Position numbers and translations under genes: made by a program
Shown here: positions 11,935-23,608 of the stretch, piece by piece
How positions within the stretch are numbered: position 1 is the stretch's first letter
Layout: each line of letters opens with the position of its first letter
Notes under the pieces: model-generated
Seen by the model: the letters and a program-made list of their open reading frames with translations, nothing else
Database searches by the model: none
Told to the model about the DNA's origin: nothing
Assembly: GCA_000934665.2 (NCBI GenBank)
Contig: JYFJ02004166.1
Location: forward strand, 1-34,436
Source: Catajapyx aquilonaris
Lineage: Eukaryota
Direction: 5' to 3'
Length of the DNA: 34,436 nucleotides

Positions 11935-12370
11935 CCGAAGCAGTGGTAGCGGAGGGGATTTGGTATCCGACTGCTAATCGGGAGGTCCTGGGTTCGAACC
12001 CGGAGGCCGGCGATCCTGACCTTGGTTTTCTGTGGTTTTCCAAGGTCGCTCCAGGAATAATTTCCGGGATCGTACCATAATATAGGCCACAGCCGCTTCC
12101 CTCCTTTCCCTGTCCTGGAGGAGATGCGGGTCAGTCGGGGGTTTCTGACCCGCATCTAGGGGATCATCTATGGCGAACGGACCCCCTGAGGGACTGCACA
12201 CGACCCCCAACTTGAGACATTGCACATGCACCAGTGTCCCTCCCTCCTATCCCGACCCTGTCCCTGCACCAGCTACTGTACAATTAAAAAAAAAAATAAA
12301 AATAAAGGTCCGTGTGATATACCCCCAGTTGGGGGTGAAAGCACTACCCCAGTTATTATATTATTATTAT
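11935..12370 (+). mobile_element. Full-length tRNA-derived SINE (head B, body, central module, tail 1)
   Basis: B-box GGTTCGAACCC, anticodon-arm relic TCCGA-CTGCTAA-TCGGG, (ATT)n tail, and a perfect 15-bp TSD TACATTGATGATTTA (11920-11934 and 12371-12385). Confidence 0.9.
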
Positions 12371-12492
12371 TACATTGATGATTTATAATATTGAAGTTCA
12401 ACAACTTTGGGAGGTAGCTGTCAATCCTGAGCTTTCTCTTGGCATTATTCATTGTGCTATTACATCAATAATCTAATCAACTCTATGCACAG

Positions 12493-12546
12493 TTGAGTCT
12501 GCCAAGCTTACATAATGTTGACTTTGGGGAGCCAAGGACAGATTAG
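12493..12546 (+). CDS. Candidate last coding segment of the upstream small ORF (LSLPSLHNVDFGEPRTD*)
   Basis: Branch-like CTAAT then CTCTATGCACAG acceptor (AG 12491-12492). Open in phase 0, compatible with the 9011 donor. Frame differs from SUGCT. Confidence 0.45.
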   Translation: MSLPSLHNVDFGEPRTD

Positions 12547-12599
12547 TTAGTGACTGAATAGCTCTGCGATTGCAACCTCACATTCTCTTAAGCTCCACA

Positions 12600-13841
12600 A
12601 TGTTGTGTGCATCTAATTTCTTCTGTACCCATGTGCGCACATTTGCCACCAAGTCCAGTCCCTTGGGAGGAATTCGAGTGCTTGACATGACTCGTGTCTT
12701 GGCTGGTCCGTATTGTTCCATGTTGCTGGGTGACCTTGGGGCTGAGGTCATTAAGGTAGAGCGGGTAGGTCGTGGTGATGATACACGTTCATGGGGACCC
12801 CCGTTTGCACCAGGAGGACAATCGTGCTATTTCTTATCGACAAATCGCAATAAGAAGAGCATTGCAGTTGACCTGAAAACACCCGAGGGTTGCAAACTGG
12901 TCCGCGATCTTGCCCTTAAAAGTGACATTTTTCTTGAAAACTTTGTGCCTGGAACCATGGAGAAGTTTGGACTTGGGTATGACAGTTTGCAGAACCTTAA
13001 TCCATCATTAGTTTATGTTTCTATAACGGGCTATGGCAGCACTGGGCCATACAAGTCACGACCTGGATATGATGTGGTTGCAGCCTCTGAAGGAGGGCTG
13101 TTAAGTTTAACAGGCCCACAAGATGGCCCGCCCTGTAAACCAGGAGTGGCCTTAACAGATATATGTACTGCTCTGTATGCTTTTGGGGGAGTGATGACAG
13201 CCCTGTTGCAGCGAGGATTAAATGGTATAGGACAACATATTGAGTGCTCACTCTTTGATACACAACTGGCAACTTTGGTTAATCAAGCGTCGAATGTGCT
13301 GAACCACTCCAATTGGAAGCCACGTCGGTGGGGAACTGCACATGAGAGCATTGTCCCTTATGAGTCATTCTGTACTTCAGATAATGAATGGTTGACTGTG
13401 GGTGCAGGAACTGATCAGCAGTTTGTGACCTTGTGTACACTAGTTGGCCTTTCAGACATGGCCTGTGACCCAGATCTGGCTACAAATGCAGATCGAGTGA
13501 GGAACCGACAAAAGGTGGTTAGAGCCCTTTCCTATGCTTTTTCTCAAAAGCCATGCTTTCACTGGCTGAAATTGTTGGAAGGGTCTGGTCTTCCCCATGG
13601 GAAAGTGAAGGGTGTGAGGGAGGTATTGGAGGAGGACCAGCATGTGAAGGAGAGAGGTACAGTGGTTGAAGTCAGTGGAGTGAGGTTGGTGGGCCCAGCC
13701 ATCAGATTCTCCCGTGCAGACAATAGAGTCAGGTCAGCACCACCAAGACTGGGGGAACACACCAAGGAAGTGTTAACAGAGATCGTAGGGTGCAGCGAGG
13801 AGGAAGTGCAACAGTTTATGGACAAAGGTGTTGTGCAATAA
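12600..13841 (+). CDS. SUGCT: Succinate--hydroxymethylglutarate CoA-transferase-like (CoA-transferase family III, CaiB/BaiF), 413 aa, intronless
   Basis: Motifs PLGGIRVLDMTRVLAGPYCSMLLGDLGAEVIKVE, NRNKKSIAVDLK, ENFVPG, GYDVVAASEGG, GVALTD (catalytic Asp position) and PPRLGEHT. N-terminus MLCASNFFCTHVRTFAT resembles a mitochondrial presequence. First in-frame ATG is 12600, after an in-frame TGA at 12555. Confidence 0.93.
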   Translation: MLCASNFFCTHVRTFATKSSPLGGIRVLDMTRVLAGPYCSMLLGDLGAEVIKVERVGRGDDTRSWGPPFAPGGQSCYFLSTNRNKKSIAVDLKTPEGCKLVRDLALKSDIFLENFVPGTMEKFGLGYDSLQNLNPSLVYVSITGYGSTGPYKSRPGYDVVAASEGGLLSLTGPQDGPPCKPGVALTDICTALYAFGGVMTALLQRGLNGIGQHIECSLFDTQLATLVNQASNVLNHSNWKPRRWGTAHESIVPYESFCTSDNEWLTVGAGTDQQFVTLCTLVGLSDMACDPDLATNADRVRNRQKVVRALSYAFSQKPCFHWLKLLEGSGLPHGKVKGVREVLEEDQHVKERGTVVEVSGVRLVGPAIRFSRADNRVRSAPPRLGEHTKEVLTEIVGCSEEEVQQFMDKGVVQ

Positions 13842-14160
13842 TGAGGAGATGGGCAGGTCACAAAGAAAAAGAATAATCTTCATGTAATCATCCAAATGAA
13901 CAATTGGCATAAGTGCTATTATGTCAGATTCTTGAACTCTAGCTTCAATTTAAACTGTTACAATATCTCCTGAACTTTTTTATTAACCTAGGGGACAGGT
14001 TGGATTTGAGTTCAATTTGGTAGGTACTGGGTACTCTGGTATAACTGTCGTGATACTTAATAAGTGCAAGTCTTTTGAATGGGCCCCTTTTTGCTAATTG
14101 ATCATTTTGGGGGAGTGGTGAGCAAAGAGCACAACATGCTGATGTGTTGCTCTTGATATA

Positions 14161-14850
14161 CAGGATGTTTCAGTGGGAATTCACACTTTGTGCGATCGGA
14201 TAAATAAATAAACACTAACATAACTATACATGTAAATAATGCAGGGTCTTTTACTAGGTACTCAGCTATATTTTTCTTCAGATTCTACCTAGAAATGTGA
14301 TGTTTGGTTTAAAACGTACCTTAGTTCATGGGAATGTAGCACCATTCACAATAAATGCTGGAATTGACCTGCAACGACCTCCCCACACACTCGAACGCAA
14401 GGCGATGCGAATTGCCTTATTATTGCAGGTCCTCCACAGCATATCGACAAAAATAGTTTGGATTGCTGCACTCACAAGTGAGTGTTTTGGACCAATACGG
14501 TGACAGATGACCTCGTGTAGTTATGACGTGTTAAAGTGACCAAAACGGTTCATTTCCATACACAATGGGATTATGTTACCTATCACATATAATGGCATTG
14601 AAGTGTGTAATCAGTTTTATTGTAGGGCCTACCAAATACAACCACGTCTCTCTAACTTGTTTTCCTGCAAAGATATTCAAGTTTTTCAAGTATGATTTAT
14701 GGAAGATCATTGGAAGATCACGAACTTTGAGGTGCAATATTTCAAAAGGGCCAAATCAGAGATACATGGTTTTTACATGAGGCTCCAATGCAGGTGAGCT
14801 GATGATTTTGGCCATTGTACATTAATAATAAGAAACCAGCAATGTTTTTT
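14161..14850 (-). mobile_element. Degraded Tc1-like transposon relic (limits approximate)
   Basis: TA-CAGGATGTTTCA terminus. Minus strand reads ..IVNGATF.., resembling the NGxHFE C-terminus of Tc1-family transposases. Confidence 0.35.
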
Positions 14851-15105
14851 TTCCCCCGACTCCTCCAAAACCAGCAAAAAGCTTCAGTCCTGCTGATGTT
14901 ATAATGAATGATCTTTTGACCTTTTGTCCTGGTTTTATGTTGCTTCTGCATAGGCCAACTGTCACAAAGCGAGTGATTTTAGATATCTGTAATTACACGA
15001 AGTGCTTGCACTTTCATTAAATCTCGTGATAATATTAATTGCTGTGGTATGACTCCCACGCAAGTTGGTGTTTCAGCTTTCTGTTGTGATCTGCACATGT
15101 CTTAA

Positions 15106-15959
15106 CACTTTGTCTCCTGCGGCCATGTTGGTCGTATGATCATATGACCAAACAAATCTTTTAAAAGAAATTCACTGGTATAACCCCGACGGAAATTTCT
15201 TTCACCATAGCCTTAGGTAACTCTTCTTGTTTCTATGTCCATGAGTATTTATGACACTCGTGTGATTTTTTAATGGCGTGAAATCATAGGCCAAAGGTCT
15301 CTTTCAATGTAAAAAAATGCTTACTGCATGAATTTAAATACAATAGCTCCCTGCTGCATATTTCCCGGTAAGTGGACGTGCAGCTGAAAACCATTAAAGA
15401 ATTCCCGAAATTCTGCTACAAACTTTTCGCCGCGGAAAAAAATCAGAACAATCTGTCAAGGGTTACAAGCAAACTCCCCCGCCGCCATTTTGGTCGTAAA
15501 ATGGGTCCTCACTCCTAATTGGCCAGCCGGACTGCCCCGAGCTCTAGGCAGTGGCCGCTTGCCACCTGAGCCGCCTTTTGTTGCACCTGGTGTCTCACAT
15601 TACCTCCTTATAAACCGGACCTTTAAAAATTTTTAAACAGACACTTATTGTTTTCATAATTTATCAGAAAGAGTGGGCAACAATGTAGAATTATCTTGGT
15701 TGATTAAGAGGGGTGGAAGGCGGCTTAAAAAACCTCGCATAGATGTCGCAATAGGATGTCACCTTCTCGTGCATAGCATATGAGGCGGTATATGGCTGTC
15801 TCAAGATACAACTCAGGTTTGTAGGTCTCGGACGCTTCAGCCCCACCTTGTGCGAGAATCGAGAGCGAAACCAATGGTGCCAGAGCCAGTGATTTTCACC
15901 TATGGCACTATTTTTAAACCCCCACCCAAACAGTGCAGAATCCAGCAGGAGACAAAGGG
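15106..15959. mobile_element. piggyBac-type non-autonomous element between the SUGCT and FBXW5 3' ends
   Basis: TTAA-CACTTTGTCTCCTGC ... GCAGGAGACAAAGGG-TTCA. Confidence 0.7.
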
Positions 15960-16020
15960 TTCATAAAGCAGTTCTCCACCAATAAGCATACTGTTACACC
16001 TGAACCATTGCACATGCAAA

Positions 16021-16026
16021 TTTATT
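16021..16026 (-). terminator. Candidate FBXW5 polyadenylation signal
   Basis: AATAAA on the minus strand ~470 nt after the stop codon. Confidence 0.45.
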
Positions 16027-16496
16027 AACAGCTTCAACATTGAAGTTGATGTACCTCTTTGATATCCCTCCAGGAGGTGCCTACACTTCGACTCCGCTTG
16101 AAGAAGCCAAAAAGTGGAAAGCGTGTATCATGGACAACAGACACAGTAGACAATGAGCACTTGGGAAAGAAGAAGTCTAAATGTAAGTAACAATCAACTT
16201 GAGTAATTTAATGGCTGAAATTTACATTAACAATTTGCACAAGAGTAATAAATTTCTAATGTGCCCATCACCTTTTTAACAATTACTTCTGAACAGGTTG
16301 CTGTATATATGAGAAGCCTCGTACATTTGGGGAAAGTTCCTCGGATGATGAAGATGATGAATGCCATCATTGTCGGGGACATACAGACCATCCGAGTAGT
16401 GGAGCTGACACAGACGACACACAATCTTCTTCTTCATAGGACATATATCATTAACATTCCTTGGCAAAATGGTGGCATTTAAACACGATGCAAGTT

Positions 16497-16749
16497 CTAT
16501 TGGGAATGTAGGCTCTTGGGCAAAAGCATGGTAGCTCTCGGTAATCTTGGGGCCTGTTCCCTGCAGTGCTGTCTGATTGAGGCTGCTGACCTCCAGACCT
16601 TGACACAAAAGTCATCTGAAACTGTGACCAGCACCTGAGGGTCCCTTGGGTTGAAGGCCACAGCATTCACCACATCCCTGTGTGGATACTTGGACAGGCA
16701 GACGCCGTAATGACGTTCCCACAAGTAACCATGGCGATCTTCTGCACCA
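16497..16749 (-). CDS. FBXW5: FBXW5 coding exon 4 (last WD40 repeat and stop)
   Basis: Acceptor CCTAAACTAG (16751-16750), phase 2. (S)GAEDRHGYLWERHYGVCLSKYPHRDVVNAVAFNPRDPQVLVTVSDDFCVKVWRS matches the FBXW5 C-terminus. Confidence 0.92.
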
Positions 16750-17093
16750 CTAGTTTAGGAAACAATCAAAAGAAAATATACTATTAAAACAGAGCAACCA
16801 TATTACAGACTGAATTTCACTCTTGATACTAGAATGAGTTACACTTTAGATTATCTTTTATTGCAGAAGAAGGTGATTCATGTTGCAAGGATCCAGCCAG
16901 TTTACCAGAAAACTGGTGGTATATTTTATCCAATGTGACGGCACTATTATACATCAAGATGCAACTGTATCTTCATGTTAGATCAGAGACAGCAGTTTTC
17001 CAGTGAGCACACTGGAACCTTGCAGCATGAGCCATCTTCATCTTATTGGCCACAATAGTACTGTGAAACCAGTCTGTAATGGCCACAACTGGA

Positions 17094-17407
17094 CACTGTA
17101 CTCCTTGATTATCCGGGTGCAGCTTACCCATGCATTGTTAGAAATAAACGTCTGAACAAATGCCAATATGTCTCTCAAACAAAGACATAACAGATATTTT
17201 CCAGAAGTCAATCTAAAAATCTCTGGTAAGTTTCATTGGTTTGATTAAATCTTTTTTAAAGCAGCATAATTATAGTATGCACAGTAGTTCTTTAAAAACT
17301 TAATAGCTAATTTTTACAGTATCTAAGACCCTTTTCGGATTATAAGTGTTTTCCAATTATCCAGGCACATCCTTGCAGTCCTTGCGGGGATAATCGGGAG
17401 TACAGTG
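17094..17407. mobile_element. pogo/Tigger-like MITE
   Basis: CACTGTACTCCTTGATTATCC ... GGATAATCGGGAGTACAGTG. Confidence 0.65.
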
Positions 17408-17944
17408 TATGTCTAGTATAGACATTATGCAGAGGTGTAATGTTAAGGACACTGTCAAAGATAAAGGGGCTGAATTTTCGTCCTGTTGCTAGTCAGGATT
17501 CTCCCATAAGCGTTTTCATGGGTTACCGTGGTTATGAGTTGCTGGCATTGGGACAGCTAAAGTTGGCAGTTACTAGCATAGCAGTGCACAATGTGTCCAA
17601 ATGTGAGAACACTTGGACAAAAATCAAAAAACCAGGTTGGCAGAGTCATCTCGAATCTGCCCGAATGTAAGAAAGTAATGCCCGAACAATAATATAAATC
17701 CATTTGGTAGGTTCAATTGAGATGGGTTTTATGCCAGGCAGGTACTCAAGTCGAGTGTTTGCTGGCCACCTTTTTGTGTGTTTTCAGTCGGCTTCGAATG
17801 GTCACTGCAATTCCCAGTTCAGGCTCATCTGGATTTCAAGCCATGGAAAAAATTCCTCTGGCTAAGTACTTCTTACTGTCATGTGTCAATTTGAACGTGA
17901 CCTTTAAATACAGGTGCCAGTCCTTCTTTCGTTGAGGCTTCAAT

Positions 17945-18255
17945 TACGTGCATTTGTCACAACATTCTTCTCATTTTTAAGACAGAAAATAGTGGATTTC
18001 ACATCGAATCACACACCAAAAGAATGACAAGACTCCCCAGTTATATGTTCACTTCATTTTAAGTGCACATAACTGCACATTTCTTTACCAAAAGGAGGCA
18101 CCATATAATATAATACAAAAGGGGCAATTATGCACAAAGTGAATCCATAACTGGGAGTAGAGTCGTTTGTTTGGAGTGTAATTCGAAGTGAAAATTAGTG
18201 AAATATGCTACTTTTCATCTTGAAAATCAGAGGAATATCATGACCGATGCGTCAT
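17945..18255. repeat. Degenerate inverted repeat (old MITE)
   Basis: Arms such as TTTCACATCGAATCACAC/GTGTAATTCGAAGTGAAA and CCCAGTTAT/ATAACTGGG. Confidence 0.5.
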
Positions 18256-18344
18256 GATTAATACGTGTGGAATGGAAGTAATTTTTGTCCAAGCATTCCC
18301 GGGTTTGGACACACTGTGCAGTGGAACAAAAATTCAACCCCAGA

Positions 18345-18758
18345 TGGATAGGTCTACTCCCAAGTGGTTTGGCCATGTAGAGAGGTGAAGCTGTTGATAA
18401 GAGGAATAAGGGTAGACCTAGGAAGACATGGCTGGACCAGGTGAGTGAAGGTCTTAAGTGTTGCTTTTGTCAAGAGGACCATGAGCATGGCTGAGGCTAA
18501 TGTTGTTTGCATAAGTGCAAATGGCAAAAGTTCAGTAACGGTAGGGTTGTGCGTGCCATAGTACGTGCTCCTTTCTGGTGCAAAGTTATGTTATTAATAG
18601 ATTATATTGTTTTGGGCTTTCCCAGTTGTTTTGTTTGTTCTATTACTTGTTTTAGTGACATGAATGTGTGCTGTTTTAGTTAATTAGTGTGGTTAACTGG
18701 CTTCTCCTTCATTGCTGACTACCCCTTATAGGGAAAATGTGACGATGATGATGATGAT
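18345..18758 (+). mobile_element. 3' relic of an RTE-clade LINE
   Basis: Reads KWFGHVER...KRNKGRPRKTWLDQV, a typical RTE C-terminus, and ends in a (GAT)n tail. Confidence 0.65.
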
Positions 18759-19034
18759 CCATTCAGTATGGAAAATTCTCTCTCAATTGACTCCACTAAG
18801 AGCAGAATTCAGTGTATTTTAAGTTTGGTTTAGTTATTGAAGGAGAGCTAAAGCAAGTAAGGCCATGATGCATGGCAGGACAGGGTAGAAAGCACCTGAA
18901 GGTTTATGGAAAGCTGGATTAAATTGGTTGGTTGATTGATTGATTAGGAATGAGCCAAAGCAACTGTGGCTATTAGAAGATACAAAGGTGGGACAGATGG
19001 AGACAGAAACGAAGAGAAAACAGAACAGAGGAAA

Positions 19035-19140
19035 GACTGGTATCTCTCTCTGTCTCCTACCCCGAAGACCTGTCCGGCTTGGGAAACCCTACCAGTAGGC
19101 AAAGCTACTGGCGGATTAAAGAGTCTTGAGGAAATTCCTC
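19035..19140 (-). mobile_element. Fragment resembling an RTE-LINE 5' region
   Basis: Minus strand CAGTAGCTTTGCCTACTGGTAGGGTTTCCCAAGCCGGACAGGTC resembles, from memory, the RTE 5' motif. Confidence 0.4.
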
Positions 19141-19285
19141 TACACTTGATCCTCATGAGCAAGAGGATGGTGCACATGACAACATATCTTATGGACTTGG
19201 TTCTCATGTGACTGCCTTTCAGTGAACAAATGGTTTGAGTGTCTTCAATGTAATTACTGTAATTCCCTATGTCATAATAATAATA

Positions 19286-19550
19286 ATTCATACCCCGTTA
19301 TCAGCCTTTTTTTGGCTCTTTAGGGGGGGAAGTTTCTTTTTGCCTGGAACTCTTTGCTTTTCATCTTTACTGTGCTCTTTGGGATAGGATATAGGGACGG
19401 AAGGAAGATGCTGTGGCCTATTAATTATGGAAGCAACTCCGGAATTTTTCTGGAAGGACCGTGGGAAACCACGGTCAGAGTTGCCGGCCCCGGGATTTGA
19501 TCCCAGGACCTCTTGATTAGCAGTCAGACACCATATCCCCTGCTTCGTCT
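19286..19550 (-). mobile_element. tRNA-derived SINE (head B, body, tail 2)
   Basis: Minus strand GACTGCTAATCAAGAGGTCCTGGGATCAAATCCC...TAGGCCACAGC matches the 11935 SINE. 24-bp TSD ATTCCYTATGTCATAATAATAATA (19262-19285 and 19551-19574). Confidence 0.85.
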
Positions 19551-19750
19551 ATTCCTTATGTCATAATAATAATACAGTAAACTCTGGATATAAAAGCCTT
19601 GTCTATAAGCAACCTTCGGTTGTAGCCAACTCGAAAGGTTGGTCGTGGCATACTTCCATATATGGCTTGGGTATTTCAATATGGGAAACTCAGTAATAGG
19701 ATACTGAGTTTCCACAGTCCCTTGAAGTCTTACAGCCTGAGGCAATTATA

Positions 19751-20638
19751 CGAGGTGTGATCCAAAATTTTCTGGATTTTGGATATACCGTGCAAACCAG
19801 TAGAGGTACGAACTTGTGACGCTAGGGGGTGCTAGATGCACCTTTCAGCTATTAGTGTGAAAAATATCATCTTCATAGGTGCACATCTTTCTGAGATTCG
19901 GCAGTTTTCTTGACACCGTGTTCTTGTGTTTCTGCGATTTTTCGAAATGGCTGATGTTAAGGAGCAAAGTATTTGCGTCAAATTTTGCTTCATGCTCAAA
20001 GAAACTTCAGCTGCAGCCCACCAAATGCTGGCCAAGGCTTTTGATGAGCAAGCTGTAAACCAAGCAATAACATGTGAGCTCTCTAAAGATGGCGGACCCA
20101 GTTTGCAGCAAAATCAACTCAATTCAGATCATTTTGACACTTGAGGAATTGTGCATATGGAGTTCCATGTGGTGAAATTGTCAACAGGAAGTCTTACTGT
20201 GATGATTTGAGACGATTTAGGCTGAAATGACCGGAAATGTGGGAGAACAGAGGCTGATTGTTTCACCATAACAATGCGCCTGCACACACCTCACGCGTAG
20301 TCAGGGACTTCCTGACAAAAAAACATGACCATGGTCCCCCACCCTGCATATTCATTTGTCCTGGCCCAATGTGATTTCTCTCTCTTCCCTAAAATGAAAC
20401 TTGGGTTGAAAAGGAGGCATTTTGACTCCACTAAAGAGATCTAAGCAAAATCGCAGCAGGTGCTGAACACGCCACAGTTGGCCAATTTTTTTGGGTGCTT
20501 CCAAATATGGGAAATTCGCTGGGATTGTTGTATACGAGCCCAAGGTGACTACTTTGAGGGTGATGGAGACAACTAGTCTGAAAATGAGTTTTTCACCCGG
20601 TGGCAGCAGCAGTCCGGAAAATTTTGGATCACACCTCG
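19751..20638 (+). mobile_element. Internally deleted mariner with transposase pseudogene
   Basis: TA-CGAGGTGTGATCCAAAATTTTC TIRs at both ends. Relics EQSICVKFCF..AAAHQML, FHHNNAPAH and HPAYSFVLAQCDFSLFPKMK (degenerate YSPDLAPxD), with stops and frameshifts. Confidence 0.92.
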
Positions 20639-21820
20639 TAATGATGATGATAAAACATCAGGCTAGACCTCTGGCCTCTTTGGGGGATCCGATTTTAAAG
20701 TACAGTAGATTTATCTATGGACCTTTACCTATAACCAGGTGCAAACAGACAATTCAGAAAAAACAAGTTGCTGGCAACTAGCAGAGATGAAAACAGTGCA
20801 TGCGCCAAGAAACTTTGGGGAAACCTGGGTCTACCAGGGCAACATGATACTGTACTTGGAAATGGGAACCAAGTTGCCGGTTTGTACCAGACCTAATGGA
20901 TTACAAACTGGATTTTTTCTCTGAACACGCCTGTACACTTTGTAATTCCAACGACACGGCAACCCTGTCACATTATGTGCATTACTGCCTCCTTGCGTGC
21001 TAGCTTCATTTCCAATTTTCCCACAGTTCCCGATGACCATGACTTTTCATAGATATCCCCCCAACAGAAATATGGAATCTGAATTCCTTCATTGGTTTTG
21101 TCAACACACTAAAATTTTGTGATACTATATTGTAATTGCTCTTTATGTATATTCTGGTGGGGTAACTCCCCCCTCTTATGAGCTTTGCTCAACTGGGGCA
21201 TAAATAAAATAAATAAAAAGTACAGTAGAATCATCTTAACTGCCTAGCCCATTTACCATAAATTTGATGCAATTATCTTGATGAGTCAATTTGATGGAGG
21301 AGCCCATATGAGTACTTCAGGTTTTGGATTTGACATGTAAATAGCAGGAATTAAAATAATAATGATTACCCAGTGTTAATCCTATATCATTTTAAAATGC
21401 CCAACTTGATTCATTCATTCTCAATAATGATGGATTTTTATCCTGTGTATGTGTGTGGGTGTGTGGAGGGCGGGGGACAGGAGCCAAGAAGGTTGTTTTT
21501 GTATGCCGATGATATGTGATATGGCACTCATTATTGCAGTTGCAAATGTTCTATGCAGTTCATTGGTGCAAATATGTTGCTTTAACCAATCCAAGTGACT
21601 ATTGATTGAGGGTATAAATTCACAATCTATCGAGCACCAACAGCAACATTCCATACATCCCCATTGAAGAGTTAACAAACTATCCCAAACATTTGCATAC
21701 AATCTTATAGGTCAAAAGACAAGGTTAAAAATAGAGTGCTCCAATATTATAGTGCAAGGAATTGAATATGTATTACACTGCTGTGGCACATTTGGTGAGA
21801 ACATTGACTTGTGCGTTTAC

Positions 21821-22078
21821 CTGGCCACGTAGTCCTGGGCAACATCGAGGAAAATGAAGAAACACTCCTCACTGGAAGTGAAGGCTCGATGAGCCCTTAG
21901 CATGCATCCCACATGCCACACCCCATGTGCTGCACCGCCTTCTGCTGCATGCCCACCATCTCCATTCCCAGAGAGGTCAATGACATGCATGTCGATCTGT
22001 TGGGCTATGGGAGGGGGGTTGAGTGGGTTCTCAATCCTATATCCCTGAGGCCAGGGTCGGCTGTTCACATACAGGTAT
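21821..22078 (-). CDS. FBXW5: FBXW5 coding exon 3
   Basis: Acceptor CATTTCAG (22080-22079), donor AG|GTAAAC, phase 2-2. (R)YLYVNSRPWP...LRAHRAFTSSEECFFIFLDVAQDYVA(S). Confidence 0.93.
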
Positions 22079-22142
22079 CTGAAATGAATGCAGTAGTTGA
22101 ATTAAAACAATTTTACATGTTTTCCTCCTAGATCCTCTAGTG

Positions 22143-22324
22143 CAGCGGTTCCCAACCTGGGGTCGCACATGGCCACGTTAAAATGGAAATTTCATCGCAG
22201 AGATTTTTTTCAGCACCTACTAACACTCGGGGCATTGGGGGGNNNNNNNNNGAGAGAATGTGTCATCGCAGGTTACTTGACTCATAAAAGGGGGTCGCGA
22301 CCCAAAAAGTGTTGGGAACCACTG
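22143..22324. mobile_element. hAT (Charlie-like) MITE containing an N gap
   Basis: CAGCGGTTCCCAACC ... GTTGGGAACCACTG with imperfect 8-bp TSD CTCTAGTG/CTCTATAG. Confidence 0.8.
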
Positions 22325-22371
22325 CTCTATAGTGTCTAGTCTAAACACATGAGAAAATCATCTCAATTTTA

Positions 22372-22520
22372 GGTATCATCAGTTCAAAAAGAATTGTCCC
22401 AGTCATCCTGATGTGTGTGCTGCCCGCTCGACACACACCATGTAACTTACATGGTGTGTGTCGAGCGGCCAGCCCACACGTCAGGATGACTGGGACAGTT
22501 CTTTTTGCACTGTTGATACC
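22372..22520. mobile_element. Near-perfect 149-bp palindrome (MITE)
   Basis: GGTATCATCAGT...CACACCATGTAA-C-TTACATGGTGTG...ACTGTTGATACC. Confidence 0.85.
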
Positions 22521-23608
22521 AATGATTGCTAAGGCTATGCTCTGCACAGCAGCTCCCTGAAAATACCTTGATGGACTCACATGTGGAAGATGGATTGGGT
22601 GGGGGTTTTCATGTTGAAGGTAGTCAACAAGAAGGCTGGGCAGGGCATAATAATCTGTGGTGATACTGCTTAGGGCATGTTTAGGCCTCTGGGTACTGCC
22701 ATAAGGAATGCATACATAAAAATTGAAAATGATTTTTGCATCAGAATAAGCCTAAGGGGCTATGGTGAACCTATTGGGAGCAGGGTTGTGAACCTAACAG
22801 CGGAGCCACTCCGGAGGGAGCGTCGGAGCTTGGTTCGGAGGGAGGTTCGGACCAACATACCAATCCAATGGGGGGAAAGGCATAAAAACTGCTGGATTTA
22901 CTCCAGCGTTACGCCTCATGTTTTCATGGTGGCAGAATGACATTTACAAGCTGGTTTGATTTTTGAACCTGCGATACAGGGTGTACCGCTAAATAACGTG
23001 CGAAACTAATAGATTCATCATTGCATACCTTCTGAGTGGGTGAAAATGGTTCTTTCCTATACAATTCGGTGGTTGCAGATTGTGATTTTGAAGCCATTTT
23101 GATTTTTGAACCCGAGATACAAGATGTACCGTAAAAACATTCTCAAAAGTAGCGCCATCCGAACGGAGCCACTTAAGTAGGTGCAATGTTTCCTTCTGTC
23201 AGTTGTAAGTTCAAGTTCCCAGGTTTCGTAGCTTGACAGACGGTTGCGTAATTTTGCACTGCGTAATGCGCCATTAGATTTTAGTCATTAACAGGCATAA
23301 ATCTTCTTCAGGCATCCAAGAGTTTTAATATCTCGCCAAGTACAGTATTGTACATACGTGTGTGCATGTGTGAGTGTGTGTGACTGGCATTATTCAGCTA
23401 CACTGTAAACCGTAAAACATTAAAAGAGCATCACAGGTGAGTGTCTCATGGAACATCAATTCATAATGCTATTCTAATGCTCTGCTAATGCTCTTTTGAT
23501 GCCTTTTAGCAACAAAAAAGCATCACAAGAGCATTACAAGAGCATTAAAATTGATGTTCCATGACAAACTCACCTGTGATGCTTTTTTCAACCCTTAACT
23601 ACTTAGGT

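Noticed and set aside
11935..12010. tRNA genes at the SINE heads (also 1250-1319, 19480-19550, 29150-29219)
   Set aside because: Acceptor stems are incomplete and each continues into a SINE body, in two cases with TSDs.
12150..12190. ATGGCGAACGGAC resembling the 3' end of an HDV-like ribozyme
   Set aside because: I could not build P1, P3 and P1.1. The segment folds as a simple stem-loop.
12570..12599. ORF-track start of SUGCT at 12570
   Set aside because: It is a TTG. The first ATG is 12600 and begins a plausible mitochondrial presequence.
12600..13841. Bacterial horizontal transfer or contamination as the origin of the intronless CoA-transferase
   Set aside because: It has a presequence-like N-terminus, SUGCT-like motifs and a eukaryotic TE-rich context. 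A phylogeny would be needed to exclude transfer formally.
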